Positions 1 through 8,895 of a stretch of DNA of 64,000 nucleotides are shown here, one piece after another. Every line of letters starts with the position of its first letter. Position 1 is the first letter of the stretch. The position numbers were made by a program, and so were the translations under genes. Source of the DNA: Diplonema japonicum (taxonomy: Eukaryota > Protista > Euglenozoa: Diplonemea); NCBI GenBank assembly GCA_964019335.1, contig OZ025648.1, positions 1,054,001 to 1,118,000 on the forward strand, given 5' to 3'. Below the pieces are notes generated by a model. That model had not been told where the DNA came from. It worked only from the letters and a program-made list of their open reading frames with translations, and searched no databases.

Positions 1-1
1 C

Positions 2-1144
2 GAGATCCCTGTACCCGCTAAGATCAAGCTTGACACCGACTTCAGGCTCCGCGACGTCGCTTTCGCATCGTCGCACCAGAACCTCACAAAGGAGATGCTT
101 ACTATTTCTATCCCGTTGGATAGCCCGAAGACAAACGAAGGTTGTCTGACAGGGGGCCCCACCCCAAACCCCACTCCTGTGCCATGGGTTACCGTTGCAC
201 CCCCAGCACACACAGACGGCTGCGACAACTTCACCCTCTCTGGGTTCAACGCCACCATCTTAACATCGGGTGGGGAGATCCCTGCGGGATGCGACGGTGA
301 GTATTTCTTGGAAGGCCCGCGGTGGGTGAACAAGGATCACACGCGTGAGATATGGCGTGCGCCTTATGATGTGTACAGGTGCACCCTCATGGGGGGGAGC
401 ATTGACGGGCCGCACCTTGGGACCTACGATGCAGCGTGGTGGGGGGAGCACCTCGTATGCACTGTGTACTCCACACCTGCACCGACACCTGTACCGACAC
501 CGTTGCCTTCTGGCGAGACGTACCCTCCGGTGACGAACCCTCCTGACACGGCACTGCCTTCTTGGTCAGTGACAACGAAGGTACCTCTTACGGTTGCACC
601 CAACACTGCGATGCCGACAGGGACGCCTGATACTGCCGCACCGGCAACGAGCTCGCCAGCCACCATGCCGCCTACTGTACCTGTGACACCATCGCCAGTT
701 ATACCGAGTACAATTGCTCCAGGATCGCCTCCAGGGACAACGGTGTCACCGACTACAAGTTCGCCAGGTGGCGGTGGTGGTGGTAAAGAAACGCTGAGTC
801 CAGGGCTCGGTGCGGGAGAGGATGAAGGCAGCAGTGGCGGGCTGAAGTGGTGGTTTTATTTTTTGATTTCTATAATTTCCGTGGTGCTGCTGGTTGCGGC
901 AGTGGTGTGGTTCAAAGTGTGGAAGAAGAAACATGACGAGACGAGCAAAATGGATAGGTACAAAAAGCAGATTGCCGAAGGCAACGGGAGCAGAATCCTC
1001 GACTACCCCCTTGTGCACAACACGGCGCCCTCCCCGCTAGGGCCCCCTGCTGGAGAACCGAACTTCCACTACTCCGACCCTTCCCCAATGAACCCCGTGG
1101 GGCAAGACGCTTCTCCTGCACCTGAAGACACCTTTGTTCTTTAG
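2..1144 (+). CDS. Type I membrane protein with Pro/Thr-rich mucin-like stalk (5'-partial)
   Basis: Frame is open from position 2, upstream of the ATG at 95, so the gene probably starts before the window. PT-rich stalk (PTPAPTPVPT, TPDTAAP), one TM helix WWFYFLISIISVVLLVAAVVWF followed by basic KVWKKK, short cytosolic tail. Confidence 0.75.
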   Translation, partial: EIPVPAKIKLDTDFRLRDVAFASSHQNLTKEMLTISIPLDSPKTNEGCLTGGPTPNPTPVPWVTVAPPAHTDGCDNFTLSGFNATILTSGGEIPAGCDGEYFLEGPRWVNKDHTREIWRAPYDVYRCTLMGGSIDGPHLGTYDAAWWGEHLVCTVYSTPAPTPVPTPLPSGETYPPVTNPPDTALPSWSVTTKVPLTVAPNTAMPTGTPDTAAPATSSPATMPPTVPVTPSPVIPSTIAPGSPPGTTVSPTTSSPGGGGGGKETLSPGLGAGEDEGSSGGLKWWFYFLISIISVVLLVAAVVWFKVWKKKHDETSKMDRYKKQIAEGNGSRILDYPLVHNTAPSPLGPPAGEPNFHYSDPSPMNPVGQDASPAPEDTFVL

Positions 1145-1849
1145 ACTGATTGCCCTTTCTTGCCAATAAAAGGAGAAAAAATAATTGTTCACACACATGA
1201 ACCTTCTATTCATTTCGTCATTTTGTTGATGAAATTGAAAGGAAAAAGAATACGTATGGGGTGGGGGAAGGAGAATAAGAAAGGACGGCGGGAGAAAACG
1301 GTGGAAAAAAAAGAAAAGAAAAATACTGTTCCTCGTGGAGTCGTTCTCCTTTCTCCATCAGAGAACAAGAAAAAGAAGCGCGCCTTTCGTATCTGAACAT
1401 TCTTCCCCCTGGTGCTCCATTTTACAATTCATATTAACTTTATAATAAGAGTATTTTATTCTCTTTTTTTTTGTGACTTTTTTTTATTTTATAGCATTGT
1501 GTTCATGTTTGTCGGGGTTAGTATTGGTCTCCTGATCTTTTTTTTTCTTCCTGTTTCTTTTGTTGATGACATTCTTTTCACACACCCCCCCCCCACCCCC
1601 CCTTTTCTTTTACCTTCAAACCATCCCCCCCCTCCCCCTCTCCCGAAGATGAAAAGAAAAGAAAGAAAATGATCCCGCGCATTCACTTATTTCTATTTTT
1701 TTTAGCACGGTGTTTTATTATTTTTTTTTAAGGGAAAGAATTAGTTCCTTATTTTTATTTTTTTCCTTCCTTCTCATCCCCTCGTCATCCACAACAACAA
1801 CAACAACAAAAAAGAGAAATTAATCTTATAAAAAAAAAATAATTAAAAA

Positions 1850-2923
1850 ATGTCAGAAGCGATAATGCTGGGAACTTGGGATGCAAAGCGGCTTGTCGTG
1901 GAAGAAAACGGACAGGAAGATGACATCAAGCTCTGCAGAGGACACAGCACGGGGAACACAAAGGGAACGCTGTGCTTATCAAACGGGGGAAAGTGCTACA
2001 CGGCAAACATGAACAGCGGCCCGCAACGATTAAGGGGAAAGTCGGAAGGATACACCATGAAGGAAATACAAAACTGCACGCACAGCGGGACCGTTGTGGC
2101 CGACGCGGGTAATATGTACATCTTGACAGACAAACACTTGATCTCAATGGACTACCACAACCCAAACGCCACACCAGAAATTCTATGCCACCTCCCATCC
2201 ACCTTTTCCACACCCTCTATCGTACTCGTCAGAAATATGTTATACCTCTACAGTGGGGGTGAAAAACATCTAGGAAGAATCTTCGCTTATGACACCGAAA
2301 CAAAGAACACGACATTAGAAAGCCTCCCAACCACCGGAATGGTCCCGCCAAAAAGGTCTGGGCAAGGATTGATAGCAGTCGCGGAGAAGTATCTGTTCCT
2401 TTACGGCGGCTGCGACGATGACAGGGAGCTCTATGTGTACGATATTGAGGAGAAGTGTTGGTATTGTGTTGAGATGAGGGGTTCGGAAGAAGTGATGCCC
2501 CCTGCATTAAGCGGGCACAGTATGTCACTGTGCGGTGAGATGATTTTGATATTTGGTGGTTTTGTAGGGGGGACATCATGGTCCACCAATACCGAAATGT
2601 ATGTGGGTGTCATCGACAAGTTGGATTCATCAGTGACATGGCATCTCGGACGTGCGAAGAACCCCAACGACAACTCCAAGCCTTCGTCTCGTGGCTACCA
2701 CGATGCGCTTCTCGTTTCGGTGTCCCCGGAGCAGACGTCACTTGTCATTATTGGGGGTGTGAACCAGTCGGAGGAGCAGATTAAAACTTCGCCGGTTTAC
2801 CTTTTGCATTTCCTCCCCCAGCACACGGCTCCTCTTCCCTTGTCGTGGACCATCAACAAGGACACTGTTAAACGCCGTACAACCTGCAACACCGCAATGT
2901 TCTGTGATTGCGTGATTTGTTAA
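1850..2923 (+). CDS. Kelch-repeat (galactose oxidase-like beta-propeller) protein
   Basis: Repeated hydrophobic-GG Kelch motifs LYLYSGG, LFLYGG, ILIFGG, LVIIGG, each preceded by PxxRxGH-like segments (PPKRSGQ, PPALSGH, PSSRGYH). Confidence 0.85.
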   Translation: MSEAIMLGTWDAKRLVVEENGQEDDIKLCRGHSTGNTKGTLCLSNGGKCYTANMNSGPQRLRGKSEGYTMKEIQNCTHSGTVVADAGNMYILTDKHLISMDYHNPNATPEILCHLPSTFSTPSIVLVRNMLYLYSGGEKHLGRIFAYDTETKNTTLESLPTTGMVPPKRSGQGLIAVAEKYLFLYGGCDDDRELYVYDIEEKCWYCVEMRGSEEVMPPALSGHSMSLCGEMILIFGGFVGGTSWSTNTEMYVGVIDKLDSSVTWHLGRAKNPNDNSKPSSRGYHDALLVSVSPEQTSLVIIGGVNQSEEQIKTSPVYLLHFLPQHTAPLPLSWTINKDTVKRRTTCNTAMFCDCVIC

Positions 2924-3137
2924 GAAGAAGAAAAAAGGGGGGGTGGGGATGAAGAGAAAGTTACACGTTAGTGAGAAGGGGTGGGGGTCGTACGACGCAT
3001 TTTCTTTTTTTTTATATTATAATGAACCCCCCCCCCCCCCCCCCCTGATGTCGCATCCTTTTTTCTCTCTCTCTCTTTTTTTTTCTTTTACATTACACTG
3101 ATGCGGCTTCTCATTGTTATTATTATTTTTCTTCTTT

Positions 3138-3322
3138 GCCGAGTTGTAGCTTCTTCTGCGTTCCGCATCGTGTCCTTAATCACTGCAACCGGGTTGTAGC
3201 TTCTTGCATTCCGCATCATTTCCTTAATCACCGCGGCCGGGTCGTAGCTTTTTCTGCATTCCGCATTTCCTTAATCACCGCGGCCGAGTTGTAGCTTCTG
3301 CGTTCCGCGTCGTGTCCTTAAT
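3138..3322. repeat. Intergenic minisatellite, ~4 copies of a 47-50 bp unit
   Basis: Unit CCGRGTYGTAGCTT..TGCRTTCCGCRT..TCCTTAAT(CAC) starts at 3139, 3189, 3237 and 3284. Confidence 0.9.
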
Positions 3323-3399
3323 GTGTGCGGTGTTCAGCTCAACCCCAGCCAGGGCGTCCTGAGGATATAAAAAAAAAAAAGAAAAAGAAAACCCAGCCG

Positions 3400-5517
3400 A
3401 TGAAACGCCAGGCGGCATGGCGAAAGCTGCTAATCGAAGAAGAGCAACAAGAAACTTCAATAGAAGCAAAGCACGCAACTGTGCAAAATGACGGCGAGGA
3501 GTTGCTGGCGGCAGGGTGCCTGCTGATGGGCAGGCTGCTGACGAAGACACAAGAGGCAAAGAACAGGGTGACGGATGCAGAGGTAAGATACGCCCTTGCT
3601 CAGGGAGTGGACATGAGACAAAGGAACGTACTGCGAACCGGCGACATCGACCTATACTCAAAGGAGAACATGAAGAAGCGCGACCTTCTGCGAAAGTCCC
3701 CCCGCGTACAGGGCATCATCTCTACATGGTGGAAGACGGTATCTGTCAAAGAGAGGGTCAACCAGACCATCTACTCCTCCATCTTTATGCCCTTGTACTT
3801 TAAACTAGTACCAAAGGCAACGAAGAAGGGCGCACGCACCGCAATAAGTAAAGACTGGAAGGAAGACAGCAAAGGTAAACCTTATCTCGACTACGATGCC
3901 TTCTTCTACTGCCTCTTCACAATGGCAGACACTTGGTGTGACACCTGCGACGAAGACGAGTATGTTGAGTTTTTGGAGGAGCTCTTCAAAGCGTCCGAAA
4001 GCAAACGGAAAAAGCAGCTTCCGGAGGTGAAGCCGACACGCGTCGCGCCTAAAAAGAAGCCAGCAAAGCCAAAGCGATTCTACCCCAAGAGATCTGTGGA
4101 GGTGAATCAGAAAAAAGCCCCTATTGAGTCTTCTGAGCTTATCAACTATTCTGGAATGGGTGTCGCGATCATAGAAAAGTGTCACTTTGAGCCCGGTAGC
4201 CCCTCCCCTCGTCACCTCTCCCCTCACTCATCCCCTCGTCGCCTCCAGATGTACGCTGGGTCCCCACCCGGGTCCCCCAGACCAGAAAGACATGGCCTCC
4301 ACGCAGACATCCTTCCCGATATGGCTGTCGTCTGCCGTGATTTCGCCAACGCATCGTCGCCCCCTCCCCGTGAACCCCGTGACACGGCACCTGCCGTGCC
4401 TATCTACACACTGTCCACTGTGGATGCGCGGCAGTATCATAAGATGCTCCCCAGGCCGTCGACAGGTACCAAACGGCTTTTGAAGATGGCGGATAACAAA
4501 CGGTACCAGGAGGTGAAACGACGCGTCGAACGGCTGAAAAAAGAAAACACCAGCATTAGCAGCAACAGCAACAGCCATAGCAAAGTATTAAACAACAGCA
4601 AAGCAATCAGCAACCGTACTCCACCGGAAGCGATCGCACCCCGTAACGAACACGAGAATGCGACAAATGTATTGCTGGCGAGGTGGGCGAGGTTGTTAGA
4701 AAAGAAGATGCTCACTATACGCGAGTGGTGCGAGCGGCAGAGTCACAACCCAGAGGGGTTTATGGAGTGGGTGGCGGAAGCATTGAAAGGGCGAGTTGCA
4801 CAAAATGCATCGTATCTGAAGTCGATACAGAAATACGTATCCCAAGAGGAGGCATTTGCTGACCCTGCACTAGACATGCGCAACGCGTGGAGACGGAAAG
4901 CTGCACAAGAGGGAATGAACTCAAAGGACTTCTGCCTGCGGTATGATGTAGAGCACGCAGACTTCGAGACATGGTTGCACGGGGTGCATGTGGAAATCGC
5001 CAGCAGCGAGGTCTGGAAAGCCGTCACGAAGTACACGACGAAGGACGACAGCCTGGTTAATAGGTGGAAGGACAAGGCTGCAAGGTCTGGGATGTCGGTT
5101 AAGCAGTTCACAATCTTTTGGGGACTCAACATGGGCAAGTTCCTGGGCTGGCTCCGCAAAGGCCGCACTGACTCGCAACGCATCCTCACATCCGTTTGGA
5201 GCTACCTCCTCGAGGGCGACCCAGCAGCAAAGCAAACGAACCTCTTCCTCAACCGCTCCGGCACGCCCCCTTGCAAGAGAGTACGCCTCAAAACCTTTCC
5301 CTACCCTCGCCCCTCAACCCCCGAGGAAAAGCACACCCTTGAGAAGGTTATTCTTCGAAAGGAGATGGATGCCCCCCTCGCCTTCGGCTCCCTCCAAACC
5401 ATAATGGGTAAGAATGCAGGTCTTAGGTTAGCTTTGCAGTCATCTTTCCAGGTGGCTGAGCATCCTTGTTTGCGTCTTGGCATGCGACTTTTTTCAAATT
5501 ACATCACAGGAAGATGA
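3400..5517 (+). CDS. EF-hand-like domain protein with three C-terminal HTH-like repeats
   Basis: ATG at 3400 after an A-tract. Conserved protist EF-hand-like block DWKEDSKGKPYLDYDAFFYCLFTMADTWCDTCDEDEYVEFL, a low-complexity middle, then three W-x6-7-(G)MS-x2-FC-x9-F-x2-W-type repeats. Confidence 0.7.
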   Translation: MKRQAAWRKLLIEEEQQETSIEAKHATVQNDGEELLAAGCLLMGRLLTKTQEAKNRVTDAEVRYALAQGVDMRQRNVLRTGDIDLYSKENMKKRDLLRKSPRVQGIISTWWKTVSVKERVNQTIYSSIFMPLYFKLVPKATKKGARTAISKDWKEDSKGKPYLDYDAFFYCLFTMADTWCDTCDEDEYVEFLEELFKASESKRKKQLPEVKPTRVAPKKKPAKPKRFYPKRSVEVNQKKAPIESSELINYSGMGVAIIEKCHFEPGSPSPRHLSPHSSPRRLQMYAGSPPGSPRPERHGLHADILPDMAVVCRDFANASSPPPREPRDTAPAVPIYTLSTVDARQYHKMLPRPSTGTKRLLKMADNKRYQEVKRRVERLKKENTSISSNSNSHSKVLNNSKAISNRTPPEAIAPRNEHENATNVLLARWARLLEKKMLTIREWCERQSHNPEGFMEWVAEALKGRVAQNASYLKSIQKYVSQEEAFADPALDMRNAWRRKAAQEGMNSKDFCLRYDVEHADFETWLHGVHVEIASSEVWKAVTKYTTKDDSLVNRWKDKAARSGMSVKQFTIFWGLNMGKFLGWLRKGRTDSQRILTSVWSYLLEGDPAAKQTNLFLNRSGTPPCKRVRLKTFPYPRPSTPEEKHTLEKVILRKEMDAPLAFGSLQTIMGKNAGLRLALQSSFQVAEHPCLRLGMRLFSNYITGR

Positions 5518-8500
5518 CGCGGGACCTGAGGATGCCTTGGGGGTATCACAACACCTCTTCAAAGATGAGACCTGCCTATGGGAGGAGCCCGTCCCCTGCG
5601 GTGGGGAGAAGCTCGTCGCCGGCCCCCAGGGGAAGAAGAAGCGCCTCGCCTTCTGCGAACAGAAAGGCAGCGTCGCCTGTTCTTAGCCGGCGTATGTATC
5701 GTGAGACGAGAGAGGAAACAGGAGCCGCTTGTTGGGCGGCAACGGAAACGAACAGAGTACAGGATGCTCTTGAGGCCAGAGTGAGGCAGCTTGAGGAAGC
5801 ACTCCGTGCGGAGCAGGAAGGTAGTGGCAAGTTATTCGAAACAGTTGCACAGCTGCGCCAAGATAACACGCAGCTTCGGGACATTGCCAACGTGGTAGAG
5901 CTGACTCAAAGGGGTCGGGAGGCTGTTTCGGGTGTCAGGCGGGGCTTTGGAGGACAAACCGTGGCATCGGGTGGTGTCCCTATGCACGCGAACAACCATG
6001 CCAACATGGGTATTGGAATCGAAGAAGTGCCCGTGAGCTCCTCGGTCCCTCAGGCCGCAGCTGACCCTATCCCCGGATGCACAAAAGCGCTACTGATTGG
6101 TGCAACTTATGCAGGCACAAGAAACGAGTTGCCACATGCAGATGAATGTGTCTACGGGCTGCAGAACTCCCTCCAGCTGTGTGGGTTTCTTGCACAGTAC
6201 AAGGTTCTGGACAGCGTTTCGCCCCCAACGAAACAGAACATCCTTCAAAGCATTAGCTGGCTAGTGGAGGACGCGCAGCCGGGGGACAGCTTGGTATTTG
6301 CGTTCTGCGGCCACAGCGTGCACATCACAGGGGCCGTCAGCAAGCTGAGCGGAATCGCCCCCATTGACTGGGAGGCGGAGGACATCATCTCAGAGCTGGA
6401 CTTGAAGAAGCTTTTGATTGAAAGCCTCCCAGCTGGTGTGAAGATGACGTGTGTATTCGATCTCGTGGGTGGGGGCGTGGGGGTGAGCATGCCCAACGTG
6501 CTCGTCATTCATGAAGGGCTCGTCAAGGAAGACAGCGACGTGGTGCCTGCGCCTTCACCCGCTCATGTCGTGACCATATGCAACGCTTGGTCGCCCACAA
6601 CACCAGTAGGTGGTTCACTGATGGAGGCCTTCAGTAGAACCATCACGGAGATTGGCTCAGAGATGCTCATGGCTGACTTCCTTCATTCCCTAGCTAAGTA
6701 CCAAAGCGGCGCTACGCCTATTCGAGTTGGTAGCTCAGCCCTAGAGCTGAAACCTATTGACGTGTTCTGCTTCGGTGTGCTTCCAGTGCACCGTGGACCA
6801 CGCAGTTCTATCACTGAACAGCCATACACAACTCCCATCCACCCCGCTTTGGTACCCCCAAGCACGAGTACACCAGCACCCACGTCTGTACCCCCGCTCC
6901 CTGCCAGCTCTGACTTTACGATACAAAAAAAGGAAACCCACATAGTCGGTGCGTCCAAGGCACTCATCGTTGAGTGTAAACACAAACTGGTTACGAGATT
7001 CCTTTCACGCCAAGGCTTCGGTGCCTTGACGCGTTGCACGCCATCGGTTAGCTTCAGCGAAGAAGACCTGAGATGGCTCGTCGACGATGCCATGCCAGGC
7101 GACAGCTTATTCTTCTGCATTACCTACACTTCATCTGTGCAGCTCTCGCTGAATGACATATTGCACTATTTGATACAACAATTACCTCAGGGCGTGCGCC
7201 TCACTTGGGTCATCGAATCTGAGAGCCAAACCACGCACCCAAGTCTAGAGCACTGTATCTCAGTCACGAACGAAGGCCTGCAACAGGTCGAGTCAGCAAC
7301 GCAAGCTGCCCCTCTTGTCTTGTGTGTGTCTGGGAGATCTGGGCTGCTGTCGGCTTATATGGCGGCCATGAACAGGGACAGCGAGCCAGCAGTATCACAG
7401 CTGTGTACAGCCATCGCAACAATCATGGCAAGCAGTAGTTTTGAGGAGAACTCATCGCTTGAGGAGTTCAACATCAGAGCGTCGTGCTCTAAGAGGTGGT
7501 CCATGGCGACTAAAATGCACCTCGGTCTCCTTGCTGCCGAGCCCAGGATAGACGTGTCATCCATTCAAGTCGACAGCTCCTCCCTGCCACCCACACCTAG
7601 GTCTTCCTACGTAAGGCCCGCGATCCATGGGCATGTGCCGTCATCCACACCAACACCGATGCCCCCTACTTCTTTTGCCTCTCCTGCAGCACCTGTCGTA
7701 CCGGTGCCCGCACCTATTCCTGCGACTTTCAAGAGTACGCCGAGCCCAGGTGCCCTACCACCTGCGCCTTCTACGCCTGTCATGGCTGCTCCTTCAGTTG
7801 CATCACTTCCGCCACAGGAGCCACCAGCAATGCCTACTGCAAGTCTTCCCGTGCCTCCAGCCTCTTTGCCTGAAGCCTCTCCCACATCAACACTTGGCAC
7901 ACAGCCTGCCGTCATGCCAGATGACGATGTGTACGCACCAAGGTCCACAAACTCCCTGCCACCCCCGCCTGTTCATGCAAGGTCGCTGCCGAAGGAATCA
8001 ACACCCATATACGAACCAGAAGCCAAGCCTTCACCAGTTCTCGGTCCGACGCAGGAAAATTGCAAGAGGCTGCTGGTAGATTTTTGTAGCAAGTACGATC
8101 CTACTAACCTGCCCGACGTGCCGGTGATGCTCGCAGACCACGCTGGAGACGAAGAGTTGTTGCTCGAGGCGGTGGCCATGCGCGCTGGGATGCCTGGGTA
8201 CTTTACGGCGAAGAAGAAAGTGACCGACTACTACATCAGGGTGAACCCTAGCAAGGTAGACCAAGTGGACACCATTCTGTCTGAATATCTGAACGCATGG
8301 GACGAACTGTTCCACGACCTGCAGGACAGGTACGGCGACCCCTTTGACATCAGTGGGAATGAAAACCACAGCATGCAGTATAGACGAGATGACTCGCCAA
8401 GGGGCATCGCCCCCATAGAGCATCACATGGGCTGGGGGAATGGAGAAGTGGAACAGGAACTGGCTCAGCAGTCACCGCAGGTCAGCCCTGCTCGGGCACT

Positions 8501-8789
8501 GGCTAGACCTATTCAGTTCGACACCACCACTGATACTATCGATCCTCAGTATATAGGAACTTACCAACCGTCTGATATGACCGAGCCACCGTTGCCAGTC
8601 ACGAGGACGGGCCCGTCTCCTGAGGACGACGCCCTCACAAAACGGAAGAATGAAGCTGAAGAGCGGTACAAAGCGCTCAAAGAACAAACCGACTCGTTCA
8701 AGAAACGCGTCGAGGCGCTCAAGGACTCGAGGACAAGCGACGTCCTAACAGAACCCTTTTGGACCTCGCCTACGTCGCGACGCATGTAG
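5514..8789 (+). CDS. Tandem metacaspase-like (peptidase C14) pseudopeptidase with coiled coil, Pro-rich region and two C-terminal NP-K...YG helical repeats
   Basis: KALLIGATY...PTKQNIL..WLVEDAQPGDSLVFAFCGHS...LPAGVKMTCVFDLV matches the metacaspase p20 fold. Second copy KALIV...WLVDDAMPGDSLFF...LPQGVRLTWVIE. Start codon uncertain (see finding at 5401-5520). Confidence 0.8.
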   Translation: MTRDLRMPWGYHNTSSKMRPAYGRSPSPAVGRSSSPAPRGRRSASPSANRKAASPVLSRRMYRETREETGAACWAATETNRVQDALEARVRQLEEALRAEQEGSGKLFETVAQLRQDNTQLRDIANVVELTQRGREAVSGVRRGFGGQTVASGGVPMHANNHANMGIGIEEVPVSSSVPQAAADPIPGCTKALLIGATYAGTRNELPHADECVYGLQNSLQLCGFLAQYKVLDSVSPPTKQNILQSISWLVEDAQPGDSLVFAFCGHSVHITGAVSKLSGIAPIDWEAEDIISELDLKKLLIESLPAGVKMTCVFDLVGGGVGVSMPNVLVIHEGLVKEDSDVVPAPSPAHVVTICNAWSPTTPVGGSLMEAFSRTITEIGSEMLMADFLHSLAKYQSGATPIRVGSSALELKPIDVFCFGVLPVHRGPRSSITEQPYTTPIHPALVPPSTSTPAPTSVPPLPASSDFTIQKKETHIVGASKALIVECKHKLVTRFLSRQGFGALTRCTPSVSFSEEDLRWLVDDAMPGDSLFFCITYTSSVQLSLNDILHYLIQQLPQGVRLTWVIESESQTTHPSLEHCISVTNEGLQQVESATQAAPLVLCVSGRSGLLSAYMAAMNRDSEPAVSQLCTAIATIMASSSFEENSSLEEFNIRASCSKRWSMATKMHLGLLAAEPRIDVSSIQVDSSSLPPTPRSSYVRPAIHGHVPSSTPTPMPPTSFASPAAPVVPVPAPIPATFKSTPSPGALPPAPSTPVMAAPSVASLPPQEPPAMPTASLPVPPASLPEASPTSTLGTQPAVMPDDDVYAPRSTNSLPPPPVHARSLPKESTPIYEPEAKPSPVLGPTQENCKRLLVDFCSKYDPTNLPDVPVMLADHAGDEELLLEAVAMRAGMPGYFTAKKKVTDYYIRVNPSKVDQVDTILSEYLNAWDELFHDLQDRYGDPFDISGNENHSMQYRRDDSPRGIAPIEHHMGWGNGEVEQELAQQSPQVSPARALARPIQFDTTTDTIDPQYIGTYQPSDMTEPPLPVTRTGPSPEDDALTKRKNEAEERYKALKEQTDSFKKRVEALKDSRTSDVLTEPFWTSPTSRRM

Positions 8790-8895
8790 ATTAGACTAGA
8801 CTAGATTTTGTTATAGATTATTCTCAATTTCTTTTTTTTTTTCCAATTCTTCCCATTCTTAAACACCCTAACCACAGGAGAGACATGAGAAGTAC

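Noticed and set aside
3138-3322. CRISPR-like array
   Set aside because: The units are contiguous and degenerate with no unique spacers, there are no cas genes, and the context is eukaryotic.
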